A DNA stretch of 64,000 nucleotides, taken from NCBI GenBank assembly GCA_965248695.1, contig CBDFKD010000002.1, positions 1,408,001-1,472,000 of the forward strand, in the 5' to 3' direction. How positions within the stretch are numbered: position 1 is the stretch's first letter; each line of letters begins with the position of its first letter. Below are positions 19,130-29,141 of this stretch, piece by piece. The notes under the pieces were generated by a model. That model was given only the letters and a program-made list of their open reading frames with translations. It was not told the origin of the DNA and did not search any database. A program made the position numbers and the translations under genes. The DNA is from Acidobacteriota bacterium (GTDB lineage Bacteria > Acidobacteriota > UBA890 > WLXD01).

Positions 19130-19169
19130 TGGCAGGCCGTGGTGAAAGCGTCGTGGATCTGGTTGCTAC
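19129..19169 (+). mobile_element. degenerate relic left end of the CTAG-MITE family
   Basis: CTGG-CAGGCCGTGGTGAAAG-cgtcgtggat-CTGGTTGC-tac aligns with the MITE end CTAG-CAGGCCGTGGTGAAAG-tgtggcgggc-CTGGTTGC-gac. Confidence 0.7.
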
Positions 19170-19363
19170 ACCGGGAGGGGTCACCGGGAGACTGGCAAGC
19201 AGCCAGTGTAGCCGAAGGGCCGCCCGCGGAAGCACCGACCGAACCGGCGAGTTCAACGACCGTATGGCAAACTCCAGCCTCGTCGATTTTCTCGGGGCAG
19301 GGATTCGTGGGGGTACGATCCCGGCCTTCTCCATTGAACCGCCAGCCCGCAGAACACTCGACC

Positions 19364-20614
19364 GTGCAGACTCAACGTCGTGTTCCCGTTTGGCTCGAGC
19401 GCCTCCTGCTGCTCATCGGATCACCACTGCTGTTTGTCGTGTTTGCCGAGCTCCTGATCCTGGGGCTGGGAATCGAGACGGACGTAGCGCGCAACGAAAA
19501 CGCGCAGATCGCGGTTCCCGTGTGGCTACTGGCGGACGAAGCCTGGGTGATGGAGCGTCAGGCGGATCTGCAGACAGAGCCCAACAAGCCATTGGCCGCC
19601 GCGGACCTCGCGTGGATGTACTACTTCGAGGAGGCGCGCTGGATCCAGTACCGGATGAAGCCCAACGTCGACGTCCGCGTCGTCAATCCGTTCAACAGCA
19701 TCGAGGTGGAGGCGGACATCACGTTCCGTCTGCACTCGAACAGCGACGGGTTCCGGGGCGCCGAGATCCTGCCCAAGCGCGCCGGGGTGACGCGCATCGT
19801 CACGATCGGCGACTCGAGCACGTTCGGTTGGGGAGCCGAGCCCGAGCACACGTTCCAGCAGATTCTCGAGGGGAAGCTCAACCGCGAGCTTCCTGGCGAG
19901 TACGAGATCATCAACCTGGGAATACCGGGGCAGAACAGCCGTCACGGGCTCGGCATGCTACGGCACTACGGAATGCCGCTGGAACCCGACCTGTTGGTCG
20001 TTAGCTACGGATCCAATGACGCCCGCGTCACGCCGCAGCGCACCGACGACCTGCTCGCTCCGGACGATACCCGGATCGGAGCCCTGCGGTTTCAGATGCT
20101 CCGGTTGCGGAGTTACCGGCTCCTGCGCCGGTTGATCTTCACGCTCCGCAACCCGCTGGCGCAGCGCCCCGGAGAGGCTCCGGCAGTCGCGCCGTCAGCG
20201 GCCGTACCGGTGAATGATTATCGCGACAACCTGATCGAGATCGTGCTGACGGCACGGGACGCCGGCGTGGAGACCCTCTTCATGTCGGTTTGCACCGGAG
20301 TCGACGTGTACGTCGCCAATATCAACAACGTGGCGAAATGGACCGATACTCCGATTCTCAACGTCGGCGTGCTATTCAACGAACGGCGCGAAGAGCTAAT
20401 CAACGGCAACCTCTACCCAGACAGGGTGGAGCACTACCGCTCGATATATGGTGAGGGCGTGTTGCAGAGTCGACCGCAGTTCTATGTCACCAACGACGGT
20501 TGCCATCCCAACTGGGTGGGACACAGCCTGATCGCCGACAGCATGCTGTCGATGGTCAGCGAGGCCCTCGGCGTCGCGCCCACCCAAGAACCGGACCCCG
20601 GAGGATCTCGATGA
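19364..20614 (+). CDS. SGNH/GDSL hydrolase family protein, membrane-anchored
   Basis: TM anchor, NSDGFRG, IGDSSTFG, NLGIPG, YGSND, DGCHPN. Start set at GTG 19364. Confidence 0.88.
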   Translation: MQTQRRVPVWLERLLLLIGSPLLFVVFAELLILGLGIETDVARNENAQIAVPVWLLADEAWVMERQADLQTEPNKPLAAADLAWMYYFEEARWIQYRMKPNVDVRVVNPFNSIEVEADITFRLHSNSDGFRGAEILPKRAGVTRIVTIGDSSTFGWGAEPEHTFQQILEGKLNRELPGEYEIINLGIPGQNSRHGLGMLRHYGMPLEPDLLVVSYGSNDARVTPQRTDDLLAPDDTRIGALRFQMLRLRSYRLLRRLIFTLRNPLAQRPGEAPAVAPSAAVPVNDYRDNLIEIVLTARDAGVETLFMSVCTGVDVYVANINNVAKWTDTPILNVGVLFNERREELINGNLYPDRVEHYRSIYGEGVLQSRPQFYVTNDGCHPNWVGHSLIADSMLSMVSEALGVAPTQEPDPGGSR

Positions 20615-21366
20615 CGAAGCGCCTTTTTGTTGCCGCGGTCGCGCTGTTACTTGCCACCGCTCCCGCCACCGGCGGCGAAGCGAGCATCACAAGCCCACAG
20701 ATCGATCCGCAGGCTCGGGAGCTGGCCGAGTCCGTCATGCAGTCGATGGGCGGCCAGGAAGCCTGGGACGCTACGCGGCACGTCGCCTGGAAGTTCTTCG
20801 GGCGCCGCCAGCACTACTGGGACAAGCACACCGGCAACATCCGCATCGAGATTCCGGCAAACGATCGTGGCCCGGAGATGCTCATTCTAATGAACCTGGA
20901 CAGCCGTAGCGGCCGCGTCTGGACCAGCGGCGAGGAGCTCGCCGGCACGGCGCTCCAGGAGGGTCTCGAGCGCGGCTGGCGATCGTGGGTGAACGACTCC
21001 TACTGGATGTTCATGCCCTACAAGCTGATGGATCCCGGCGTCAACCTGCGCCACGTCGGTGAGGACCTCATGGCCGACGACCGTGAAGCAGACGTCCTGG
21101 AGATGACCTTCGAAGGCGTCGGGGTGACGCCGAACAACCGGTACCTGGTGTACGTCGCCAGGGACTCGGGGCTGGTGGAGCAGTGGAGCTACTTCGCCGA
21201 ACGGGACCAGTCAGAGGCGGGCTTCACGATGCCGTGGGAAAACTGGTCCAGCTTCGGCAACATCCTGCTGTCGACTGGTCGCGGCGACGGCGCAGACTGG
21301 GACATCCACGTCTACGACGAGCTTCCGGAGGCGCTGTACAGCGATCCCGGCCACACGCTCAAATGA
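20611..21366 (+). CDS. secreted hypothetical protein (LolA-like/DUF6503-like)
   Basis: Signal peptide; MGGQEAW, WVNDSYWMFMPYKL.DPGV, GVGVTP..RY motifs; ATGA overlap with the upstream gene. Confidence 0.72.
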   Translation: MTKRLFVAAVALLLATAPATGGEASITSPQIDPQARELAESVMQSMGGQEAWDATRHVAWKFFGRRQHYWDKHTGNIRIEIPANDRGPEMLILMNLDSRSGRVWTSGEELAGTALQEGLERGWRSWVNDSYWMFMPYKLMDPGVNLRHVGEDLMADDREADVLEMTFEGVGVTPNNRYLVYVARDSGLVEQWSYFAERDQSEAGFTMPWENWSSFGNILLSTGRGDGADWDIHVYDELPEALYSDPGHTLK

Positions 21367-21417
21367 GCTAGAAGTCGACACGGGCGGCGCCTATCAACCG
21401 CACCGGAGCCGGCTCGA

Positions 21418-22398
21418 TTAGCGCGCCGGTAGCCCGATCGCCAGTCCCTGTGACCCGTTCACCATGGCCCCGGCGGCAAGCAGACGAAGCTTGCACTTGG
21501 CGACGTTGTCGAGTCGGTAGATCTCCGATTCGCCGAAGACGTCGAACCCGTCGACGAGGTAGACGCGCAGTTTCTGGCTGATGTCGATGCCGTTGATGCG
21601 CTTGAACGACTGATCGTCGCACAGGCTGTAGAGCTGCTTGTTTGCCAGCCAGAGGAGCTCGGCGCCGTTGCCGATGTAGATCGAGCCGTCCGGGTGCACC
21701 GCGAAGGCGCTGACGTCGAGACCGTCCCGGGCGTACAGGGCTTTCGGATGCCGGTAGTCGGGCATCCCCGTCTTGTAGATTGCATCGAAGTGCCACTGGT
21801 TGTTGGTGCCCGGCATGGGATTGCCGGCGCCCTTGTCAACGACGAAGAGCGTGCCCCACTCGTCCATGTCGAGCAGTGAGGGGTTCGCCCAGGCGTGACG
21901 CCCTCCGGCGCGACGGATGTTGCCGTCGGTGTCATAGACCCATACGGCGCCATCGCGTGGCCAGCGGCCGACGGACTCTCCGCCGGCGTCGGCGATCAGC
22001 AGGCGGCACTTGAAGCCCCATTCGACGTCGCGCACCTGCTTGAAGCGACGATCGGTGATGACCTCGACTTCGCCGGTCCAGACGTCGAACACGACGACGT
22101 TGTGGACATTGGCGATGGCCACCTTCTCGCAGAACTTCCGGTACGCGATGCCCTTCGGCTTGAGGCGCACACCTAGCGGTTGCTTGGTCACCGCTAGCGA
22201 GTTGTTGCGAGGCCGGAAGCGCAGCAGTGAGTCATTCTTGCCGGAGGCCGTAATCAGGTCTCCGTTGTCGAGAAACAGGTTGCCGCGTGCCGTCGAATCG
22301 CGTTCCTGCGCGACAGCCAGCGGTGCAACTGCGATCGCGAGAGCAATCCCCAACAGTGGAAGAACCCGTCTCAGCTGCCTCATCGTTGCCTCGTTCAT
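21418..22398 (-). CDS. secreted beta-propeller (NHL/SMP-30-like) protein
   Basis: Signal peptide, repeated blades (PKGIAY, LLIADAG, LDMDEWGTLFVVD, AVHPDGSIYIG, GIDIS..VYLVD). Confidence 0.7.
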   Translation of the reverse strand: MNEATMRQLRRVLPLLGIALAIAVAPLAVAQERDSTARGNLFLDNGDLITASGKNDSLLRFRPRNNSLAVTKQPLGVRLKPKGIAYRKFCEKVAIANVHNVVVFDVWTGEVEVITDRRFKQVRDVEWGFKCRLLIADAGGESVGRWPRDGAVWVYDTDGNIRRAGGRHAWANPSLLDMDEWGTLFVVDKGAGNPMPGTNNQWHFDAIYKTGMPDYRHPKALYARDGLDVSAFAVHPDGSIYIGNGAELLWLANKQLYSLCDDQSFKRINGIDISQKLRVYLVDGFDVFGESEIYRLDNVAKCKLRLLAAGAMVNGSQGLAIGLPAR

Positions 22399-22611
22399 CC
22401 CAGGCCCTGTCTCGTCACCCGAAACCAGGACATCGGCGCAGTGTACGAACGACTTGCTCTTCCAGGCAACGCGCCCGGGGCCGCATGCAGGACAGGGGCG
22501 GCCAGGCGCGGCCAAGCACGGCCAGCGGCGAATCGGCACCATCGGCCAACCGAGGCCTGCAGTCGCCATCGGCCTGCAACAGCGTGCACGGCCGTCCATG
22601 GGCCGCGCCCT

Positions 22612-25155
22612 TCACAGCTCGGAGCGCAGCACCTCCAGTGGCGGCAACCGCGTCGCCCCGCGGCTGCCGAGCAAGCCGACGCCGACGGTCAGCGAGACCA
22701 CCACGACCAGGAGGACGAGCAGCGGCCAAGCGACGGGAGCGAACGGCACTTCGAAGAACCATCGCGACAGCGCCCAGGACCCGCCGAGGGCGAGAACCAG
22801 GCCGGTGAGCGCCGCCAGCAGGCCGAGAGCTACGTACTCGACGGTCAGGATTCGGACGATCTGCGCTCGCGAAGCCCCGAGGGTGCGCAGCAGCACGCTC
22901 TCTCGCAGTCGTTGGAAGCGACTCGACAGAACTGCAACGACGAGCACTACGAGCCCACTAAGGACACTGAGACCCGCCATGAAGCGGAGCGCCAAGCTCA
23001 CCTGCGCTAGCATCGCGTCGATCGAAGCCAGGATCAGTCCCAGGTCCATCAGCGCGACGTTCGTGTAGCGCTCCACCACGCGCCGCTGGACTGCGGCTGA
23101 CTGTTCCGGCCCCGAGGCTCTCGAGACCATGACGATCTGTTGCGGCGCCGGTTCCAGAACACCGGTCGGAAACACGACAAAGAAGTTCGGCCTCACCTGT
23201 TCCCAATCCACCGTGCGCACGCTGGCCACACGGGCAGCGACCGCGACGCCCTGGACATCGAACTCCAGCGCGTCGCCGACGCCGACCTTCAACCGCTCGG
23301 CGATACCTTCCTCCAGTGACACCGGTACGGCGACCCCATCGACACCCTGTTCCGGCGACGCGTTCGCGACCCACTCGCCCACCGCGATTTGCTCGGTCTC
23401 AGCGAGCTCCGACCGATACGTGGAGTTGTACTCTCGGCGTAAGACCCAGGGCCTGATGTCTGACTCGTCGATCTCACCCACCGGGCGGCCCTTGACCGAC
23501 GCCAGGCGCATCGGCACGACGGGCGTCTGTTGAATCACTTCCAGCCCCTCGTCGGCGAGAATCTGGCGTACGCCGCCGACCTGATCGGGCTGAATGTCGA
23601 ACAGCACGAGGTTGGGGTTGCCCCCCATCTCCAGGCTGGCCACCGATTCGAGCAACGCCACCTGGGTGAGGTAGAGGGTAGCGATGAGGAAGACGCCGAA
23701 GCCCAGCGTCAGCATGACCACTCCAGTCTGGTTGTTGGGCCGGTACATGTTGGCCACACCTTGCCGCCATGGATATGGCCACGAGCTCGGCAGGGCGCGG
23801 CGCGCCACGAGCTTGAGCAGAGCTGCCACGAGGGCCAGCGCCGCGAGCACCGCAGCCAACGAACCGCTGATGGTCAGACCGACGCGCCAGCTGTCAGTCT
23901 GCACCACTGCCACGACCCCGACGCCGGCCCCAACGGCTATCGCGACTATCCAACGGGCTGGATCGCGTGATCCGCTCGACCGGTCGGTGGCAAACAACCG
24001 GAGCGCCAGCAGCGGGCTCACCCGGCGCAATGACAGCAGCGGCAACGCCGCGAACAACATCGCCACACCGACGCCGACCACTAGCCCCTCGACGAGCGCC
24101 AAGCCGTCGAGCCGAAACCTCACCGGCACCGGCAGCAGCGCCGCGAGCACACCCGGGAGCAGCGCCTGCAACCCGACGCCGGCGATCGTGCCACCGAGGG
24201 CGCCGACGAGTCCCATGCCGGCGGCCTGCAGCACGAAGACCTCGAGCGGTCCGCGCGCCGGAGCCCCCAGGCAGCGCAACACGGCGACGGCCTGCACCTT
24301 GCTCTTGACATGCAGGTGGATCGCGCTGGCCACTCCGATGCCCCCGAGCAACAGCGCCGCAAAGCCGGCCAGATACAAGAATGCGTACAGATCGTCGAGC
24401 GCATCGCCGACTGCCTCGCGTCGGAACTGGACCGACTCTGCCTCCAGACGCAGCTGGCGCAGCTCCGATTCGATCTCCCCGACCAGCACGGCAACCTGTT
24501 CAGGGGTCTGCTCGAGGCGAAAGAACACGCTGTAGGTAGCGCGGCTTCCACCACGGATGAGCCGCGTCTCCTCCAGGAACCGGAGCGGCACGAAAACCCG
24601 AGGACCGATTAACGAAGCCGTCGGGACCTCCCCGGGGATGCGCAAGAGCCGTCCGGCAATACGGAAGGTCACCTCGCCAATGCGGATCGGATCGCCGACC
24701 TGGACGCCGAACTGCAGCATCAACGTGTGATCCACGAGCGCCGAGCGTTGGGTGCGGAAGTCGCGTGCTGCGGTGGCGGGCTCCGTCTCGAGCGCACCGT
24801 AGAACGGATATCCGCCGTCAACCGCGCGCACGCGTACCAGACGCGAGCCGCCTGCTTGTGGAAAGTAAGCCATCGATCCCAGTGCCACCTGTCGTGCCTG
24901 GGCGCCGCCGATCCTGGCGAACAGGGCCTCCGACTCGTCCACGAACTGGCTACGTCCGTAGATCTCCAGGTCGGCGCCGAGCAATACCTTTGCCTCGTCG
25001 TCAACAGCACTAGCGACGTTGTCGGCGAACGAGCGCACCGCCACCAGCGCGGCGACTCCGGTAACGATGGTCAGGACGAACAACAGCAGCCGCTGGGGGG
25101 TCGCGCGCGCATCGCGCCAGGCCAGTCGCGCTACCCAGCGCCGACGCCCCATCAC
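22612..25155 (-). CDS. ybbP: ABC transporter permease, YbbP/FtsX-like
   Basis: LLGADL, RAVDGGYPFYG, LRCLGA, PNLVLFDIQPDQ, RTVDWEQVRPNFFVVF, LRTLGAS. Confidence 0.9.
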   Translation of the reverse strand: MMGRRRWVARLAWRDARATPQRLLLFVLTIVTGVAALVAVRSFADNVASAVDDEAKVLLGADLEIYGRSQFVDESEALFARIGGAQARQVALGSMAYFPQAGGSRLVRVRAVDGGYPFYGALETEPATAARDFRTQRSALVDHTLMLQFGVQVGDPIRIGEVTFRIAGRLLRIPGEVPTASLIGPRVFVPLRFLEETRLIRGGSRATYSVFFRLEQTPEQVAVLVGEIESELRQLRLEAESVQFRREAVGDALDDLYAFLYLAGFAALLLGGIGVASAIHLHVKSKVQAVAVLRCLGAPARGPLEVFVLQAAGMGLVGALGGTIAGVGLQALLPGVLAALLPVPVRFRLDGLALVEGLVVGVGVAMLFAALPLLSLRRVSPLLALRLFATDRSSGSRDPARWIVAIAVGAGVGVVAVVQTDSWRVGLTISGSLAAVLAALALVAALLKLVARRALPSSWPYPWRQGVANMYRPNNQTGVVMLTLGFGVFLIATLYLTQVALLESVASLEMGGNPNLVLFDIQPDQVGGVRQILADEGLEVIQQTPVVPMRLASVKGRPVGEIDESDIRPWVLRREYNSTYRSELAETEQIAVGEWVANASPEQGVDGVAVPVSLEEGIAERLKVGVGDALEFDVQGVAVAARVASVRTVDWEQVRPNFFVVFPTGVLEPAPQQIVMVSRASGPEQSAAVQRRVVERYTNVALMDLGLILASIDAMLAQVSLALRFMAGLSVLSGLVVLVVAVLSSRFQRLRESVLLRTLGASRAQIVRILTVEYVALGLLAALTGLVLALGGSWALSRWFFEVPFAPVAWPLLVLLVVVVSLTVGVGLLGSRGATRLPPLEVLRSEL

Positions 25156-25862
25156 GGTGCCGACCCTCCATCGGCGCCGGTACCCGCGTCCGGAACGACG
25201 AGGCCACTGCGCAATCGGATGACCCGCTCGGTACGGCTGGCAAGTTCCTCGTCGTGGGTCACGACGACCAGCGCGGTTCCACGCGCTGCGTTGAGATCGA
25301 ACAGCAACTTCTGCACACGGTCGCCGGTCTCACTATCGAGGTTGCCGGTGGGCTCGTCGGCAAACAACAACGACGGCTCGTTCATGAAGGCGCGCGCCAG
25401 CGAGACTCGTTGCTGCTCGCCACCGGACAACTGGACGGGGTAGTGATCGACCCGGTCGCCGAGCCCTACCTGGCCCAGTAGCTCGCGCGCCCGCGCTGCA
25501 GCGTTGGTGTCACCGCGCAACTCGAGCGGCACCATGACGTTCTCCAGCGCCGTAAGAGTCGCCAGCAGCTGGAAGTTCTGGAAGACGAATCCGACCTTGC
25601 GGTTGCGCAAGGCCGACAGCTCATCCTCGTCGAGATCGTTCAGCAGCTGCCCATCGATCAACACCTCGCCGGAGGTTGGACGATCGAGCCCGGCGCAGAG
25701 TCCCAGCAACGTCGTCTTGCCGCTTCCGGACGGCCCCACGACGGCGCACGTCGACCCCGGCGCGACAGCCAGATCGACATCGCGCACAACGGTGAGCTCG
25801 CCGTGCGATGCCACGAAGGTCTTCGTGACCCGACGAGCTTCGAGAATCGGCGCGGTGCTCAT
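25152..25862 (-). CDS. ybbA: ABC transporter ATP-binding protein, YbbA-like
   Basis: GPSGSGKTT, LSGGEQQRV, FADEPTGNLD; divergent from tesA as in the ybbAP-tesA locus. Confidence 0.92.
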   Translation of the reverse strand: MSTAPILEARRVTKTFVASHGELTVVRDVDLAVAPGSTCAVVGPSGSGKTTLLGLCAGLDRPTSGEVLIDGQLLNDLDEDELSALRNRKVGFVFQNFQLLATLTALENVMVPLELRGDTNAAARARELLGQVGLGDRVDHYPVQLSGGEQQRVSLARAFMNEPSLLFADEPTGNLDSETGDRVQKLLFDLNAARGTALVVVTHDEELASRTERVIRLRSGLVVPDAGTGADGGSAP

Positions 25863-25969
25863 GACGAGGTCCGGTCTGAGGGGAGGAAGCAATCATAGCC
25901 AGATCGCGCCGGTCCCGACGGTCCGATCGTCGGCCAGCCTTTGGATGTACACCCGCCGGGCCGCCGGCC

Positions 25970-26686
25970 GTGCTCGAGACCTCCGCTGTGCTCATCGCTA
26001 GAATAGTGGCTGGCATTGCGGCAACTTCCCCGAGCGCCTTTGCTTTGACTTCCAGATTCGTTCGCGTCTCGCTGGCGCTGCTGACGGCGCTCGCGGCCAC
26101 GGGCAACGCCGCGGCGTTGCAGGAAAGCACCGTCGTCTTCCTCGGCGACAGCCTCACCGCTGGGCTCGGCCTCGATCCCCAAGACGCGTTTCCGGCGCTG
26201 GTCCAGGCGCGCATCGACGAGCGCGGGTGGCCCTATCGCGTCGTCAACGCCGGAGTCAGTGGCGAGACAAGCGCCGGCGGATTGCGACGCGTCGACTGGC
26301 TGCTACGCGGCCCGGTCCGTGTGCTGGTGCTAGAGCTCGGCGCCAACGACGGGCTTCGCGGCACTCCGGTCGAGAGCACGCGTGAGAATCTCCAGGCGAT
26401 CATCGACCGGGCACGGGCAGCACACCCGGGAATCGAGATTATCGTCGTCGGCATGATGGTGCCGCCCAATCTGGGCGAGCCGTACAGCAGCAACTTTCGG
26501 GCGCTGTTTCCGGAGATCGCCGCCACCAACGCGACCGAGCTCGTCCCCTTCCTGCTCGACGGCGTCGGCGGCCTGCCGGAATACAACCTGGCAGATGGCA
26601 TCCACCCGAACATCGAAGGACACCGCATCGTTGCTGCCAACGTGTGGGACATCCTCGAACCCGTCCTGAGTCGGCTGTCCCGCTAG
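25970..26686 (+). CDS. tesA: arylesterase / acyl-CoA thioesterase I (SGNH)
   Basis: FLGDSLTAG, NAGVSGETSAGG, LELGANDGLRG, DGIHPN. True start may be slightly downstream. Confidence 0.93.
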   Translation: MLETSAVLIARIVAGIAATSPSAFALTSRFVRVSLALLTALAATGNAAALQESTVVFLGDSLTAGLGLDPQDAFPALVQARIDERGWPYRVVNAGVSGETSAGGLRRVDWLLRGPVRVLVLELGANDGLRGTPVESTRENLQAIIDRARAAHPGIEIIVVGMMVPPNLGEPYSSNFRALFPEIAATNATELVPFLLDGVGGLPEYNLADGIHPNIEGHRIVAANVWDILEPVLSRLSR

Positions 26687-26796
26687 CGGCCGCACGCGGC
26701 GGTCGACGTCAGCTCGGGCGGTCGCGTCGCGCGTCGGCCGGATAGTCGGCAACGAGTTGCTTGACCTCGGCCGCAGTGGTCATCGCGGCAGGATCT

Positions 26797-27540
26797 TCAG
26801 TCGCCGACTACCTTTGATCCGGGAACGATCTCGTCGTGGTCGCCCTCATCAAACCGCACCCAACACTTCGTGCCGCCGTCGTAATCGGGTGCGCGAAGCA
26901 CGAGCGTTGCCGGCTTGTCGAAGGCGGTGCAGGGAATCGATCCCTCGGGATCGAGACCACGCCATATGCGAATGAACCCGTTGTTCCCCCACTCCGCACC
27001 GATGGTCGTGTCGTTGGTGTGTCCGGGACAAACGCGAGTCTCCGGCGGCAGCTTCATCAGCACTTCCATGATGGAGTGCTTGATGTCGGCGTAGGTGGCA
27101 TGGCCGGGCGCCAGGGTGCCTCCGATCGTTCCCTCGAACAACGTGTCGCCGGTGAACACGACCTCGTCGTTTACCACCAGCGCCAGCATGCCGACGGTGT
27201 GGCCCGGGGTCAGCAGGGCACGGATCCTCAGGTCACCCGAGACGATCTCATCACCGTCGTTGAGATCGTGCTGGATGTCGGCGCAGAATTCGCGCTCGGT
27301 CGGATGCCCCCAGATGTCGACGCCGAAGCGCTCGACGTACTCCCCGTTGTTGATCACGTGGTCGATGTGGTGGTGGGTGAGTAGCAAGTGGGTGATGGTG
27401 ATGTCGTTGGCGTCGATGGTCTCGTAGATCGGGTCCACCGGTCCGCCCGAGTCGATGAGCACTCCGTGCCCACCAGGCTTGTCCGCGACGACGAAGCTGT
27501 TGGACAGATAGCCGTCGCTCATGCTGCGCTGAATGATCAT
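26797..27540 (-). CDS. MBL-fold metallo-hydrolase (glyoxalase II-like)
   Basis: THHHIDH, TPGHT, FTGDTLF, PGH motifs; GGGGAG RBS. Confidence 0.92.
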   Translation of the reverse strand: MIIQRSMSDGYLSNSFVVADKPGGHGVLIDSGGPVDPIYETIDANDITITHLLLTHHHIDHVINNGEYVERFGVDIWGHPTEREFCADIQHDLNDGDEIVSGDLRIRALLTPGHTVGMLALVVNDEVVFTGDTLFEGTIGGTLAPGHATYADIKHSIMEVLMKLPPETRVCPGHTNDTTIGAEWGNNGFIRIWRGLDPEGSIPCTAFDKPATLVLRAPDYDGGTKCWVRFDEGDHDEIVPGSKVVGD

Positions 27541-27549
27541 GGTTCTCCC

Positions 27550-27814
27550 CTAGCAGGCCGTGGTGAAAGTGTGGAGGGTCTGGTTACGGCGAGTTGGGGC
27601 CAGATGCAAGGCGGCCTGCTAGCCATCGTCGAGGAAGGCCAACGCCGCAGATGGCCCCAAATCGCCGTAACCCTTCGGGCGACTGGGGGTTGCGCGCGCA
27701 TGCTGCGTCGTTTGTCGTCAACGATGGGATTACCATCGCCTCCTCCTGTCTCCTGGCCTGCGCCTCGCAAAACCCTGTCGCCAGACCCACCACACTTTCA
27801 CCACCGCCTGCTAC
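27550..27814 (+). mobile_element. MITE-like element copy 1 (265 bp, 14-bp internal deletion)
   Basis: CTAG + TIR CAGGCCGTGGTGAAAGTGTGGAGGGTCTGG ... CCAGACCCACCACACTTTCACCACCGCCTG + CTAC; colinear with the copies at 36933 and 42822. Confidence 0.88.
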
Positions 27815-27856
27815 CGGGTTGACCCCGTTGGCACCAGAACGGTCAGGAACGTCGGC

Positions 27857-28960
27857 TCAGAAGGTGATGACCGAGCGGATCCCGTCCTGCGCCTCCATGA
27901 GGTCGAACCCCTTCATGACCTCGTCGAGCGTCAGGTGATGCGACACCAGGCCGTCGAGGTCGAGCTTCCCTTCCATGTACATGTCGACGAACTTCGGCAC
28001 GTGCGTGCGCCCCTTGGCGCCGCCGAAGCTGCCACCTTGCACCGTGCGACCGGTGATCAGGAACCGCGGGATGATGTCCAACGTCTCGCCCTTGCCGGCA
28101 ACGCCGAGCACCGTGCACACGCCCCAGCCGAAGCGCGCCGCTTCCACCGCCTGTGCCATCACGCCGACGTGTCCGGTGGCCTCGAAGGTGTAGTCGGCGC
28201 CCTGGCCGTCGGTCATCTCGAGGATCTTGTCGACGCTGTCGGGGCCACCGATCATCGTGTCAGTGGCGCCGTAGTGCCGCGCCGAGGCAAGCCGGTCCTC
28301 CGACATATCGACGGCGATGATGCGCTCGGCACCGGCGAGCTGGCACCCGGCAACAGCGCCGAGACCGACAAGGCCGCAGCCGAAGACGGCGCACGAGGAT
28401 CCGGGCTCCACCTCCGCCTTGTACAGCGCCGCCGCCAGACCCGTGGTGGCGCCGCAGGCGAGCGTGCAGATCTTGTCGAGCGCGGCGTCGGGATTGACCT
28501 TCGCGAGTGCGATCTCGGGCATCACGGTGTACTCGGCGAACGTGCTGGTACCCATGAAATGCCGGATCGGCGTGCCGTCGACAGACAAGCGCGGTGTGCC
28601 GTCGGGCAGGTAGCCCTGCCCCTGCTGCTCACGGATCGCGGTGCAGATGTTGGTCTTGCCGCTGGTGCAATGGGCGCACTCGCCGCACTCGGGTGAGAAC
28701 AGGCATACGACGTGATCACCGGGCTTCAACGACGTAACGCCTTCACCGACCTCCTCGACCACTCCGGCGCCCTCGTGTCCGAGCACCGTAGGCACGAATC
28801 CGCTCGGATCAGCGCCGCTCCATGTGTACATGTCCGTGTGGCATACGCCGCAGGCGTGCACCTTGACCAACGCCTCGCCGGCCTTGGGCGGTGCGATGTC
28901 GACTTCCTGGATCTCCAGCGGCTTGCCAAACTCCTGCAACAGCGCGGCGCGCATCTTCAC
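27857..28960 (-). CDS. Zn-dependent class III alcohol dehydrogenase (S-hydroxymethyl-thiol/formaldehyde dehydrogenase-like)
   Basis: GVCHTD, GHEGAG, CGECAHC..N.C, HFMGTSTFAEYTV, GCGLVG, GGSFGG; GGAGG RBS before GTG 28960. Confidence 0.92.
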   Translation of the reverse strand: MKMRAALLQEFGKPLEIQEVDIAPPKAGEALVKVHACGVCHTDMYTWSGADPSGFVPTVLGHEGAGVVEEVGEGVTSLKPGDHVVCLFSPECGECAHCTSGKTNICTAIREQQGQGYLPDGTPRLSVDGTPIRHFMGTSTFAEYTVMPEIALAKVNPDAALDKICTLACGATTGLAAALYKAEVEPGSSCAVFGCGLVGLGAVAGCQLAGAERIIAVDMSEDRLASARHYGATDTMIGGPDSVDKILEMTDGQGADYTFEATGHVGVMAQAVEAARFGWGVCTVLGVAGKGETLDIIPRFLITGRTVQGGSFGGAKGRTHVPKFVDMYMEGKLDLDGLVSHHLTLDEVMKGFDLMEAQDGIRSVITF

Positions 28961-29099
28961 GGCATGTTCCTCCTGTCCACCGCGGACATCAAAACCTCTC
29001 TCTCGACGACGGCGCACGGTAGCATACAGCGCGACAGTGCGGCCGGGCAGGCCTGGGCCGCAGGCCGGTGTTGGCGGCCGCGTTAGCGTCTACGCGTCA

Positions 29100-29133
29100 C
29101 AGGACCCACCACACTTTCACCACGGTCTGTTAG
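29100..29133 (-). mobile_element. solo terminal inverted repeat of the MITE family
   Basis: CAGGACCCACCACACTTTCACCACGGTCTGTTAG matches the TIR (CCAGGCCCGCCACACTTTCACCACGGCCTG-CTAG) with few mismatches; no internal element sequence beside it. Confidence 0.8.
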
Positions 29134-29141
29134 GGGCACCG

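Noticed and set aside
22499-22528. Three CGGCCA motifs at 10-bp spacing in an intergenic region
   Set aside because: Short GC-rich words expected by chance; no further structure supports a regulatory call.
26709-26783. 24-aa minus-strand ORF MTTAAEVKQLVADYPADARRDRPS after the MBL hydrolase
   Set aside because: No RBS and too short to support; may be a gene remnant.
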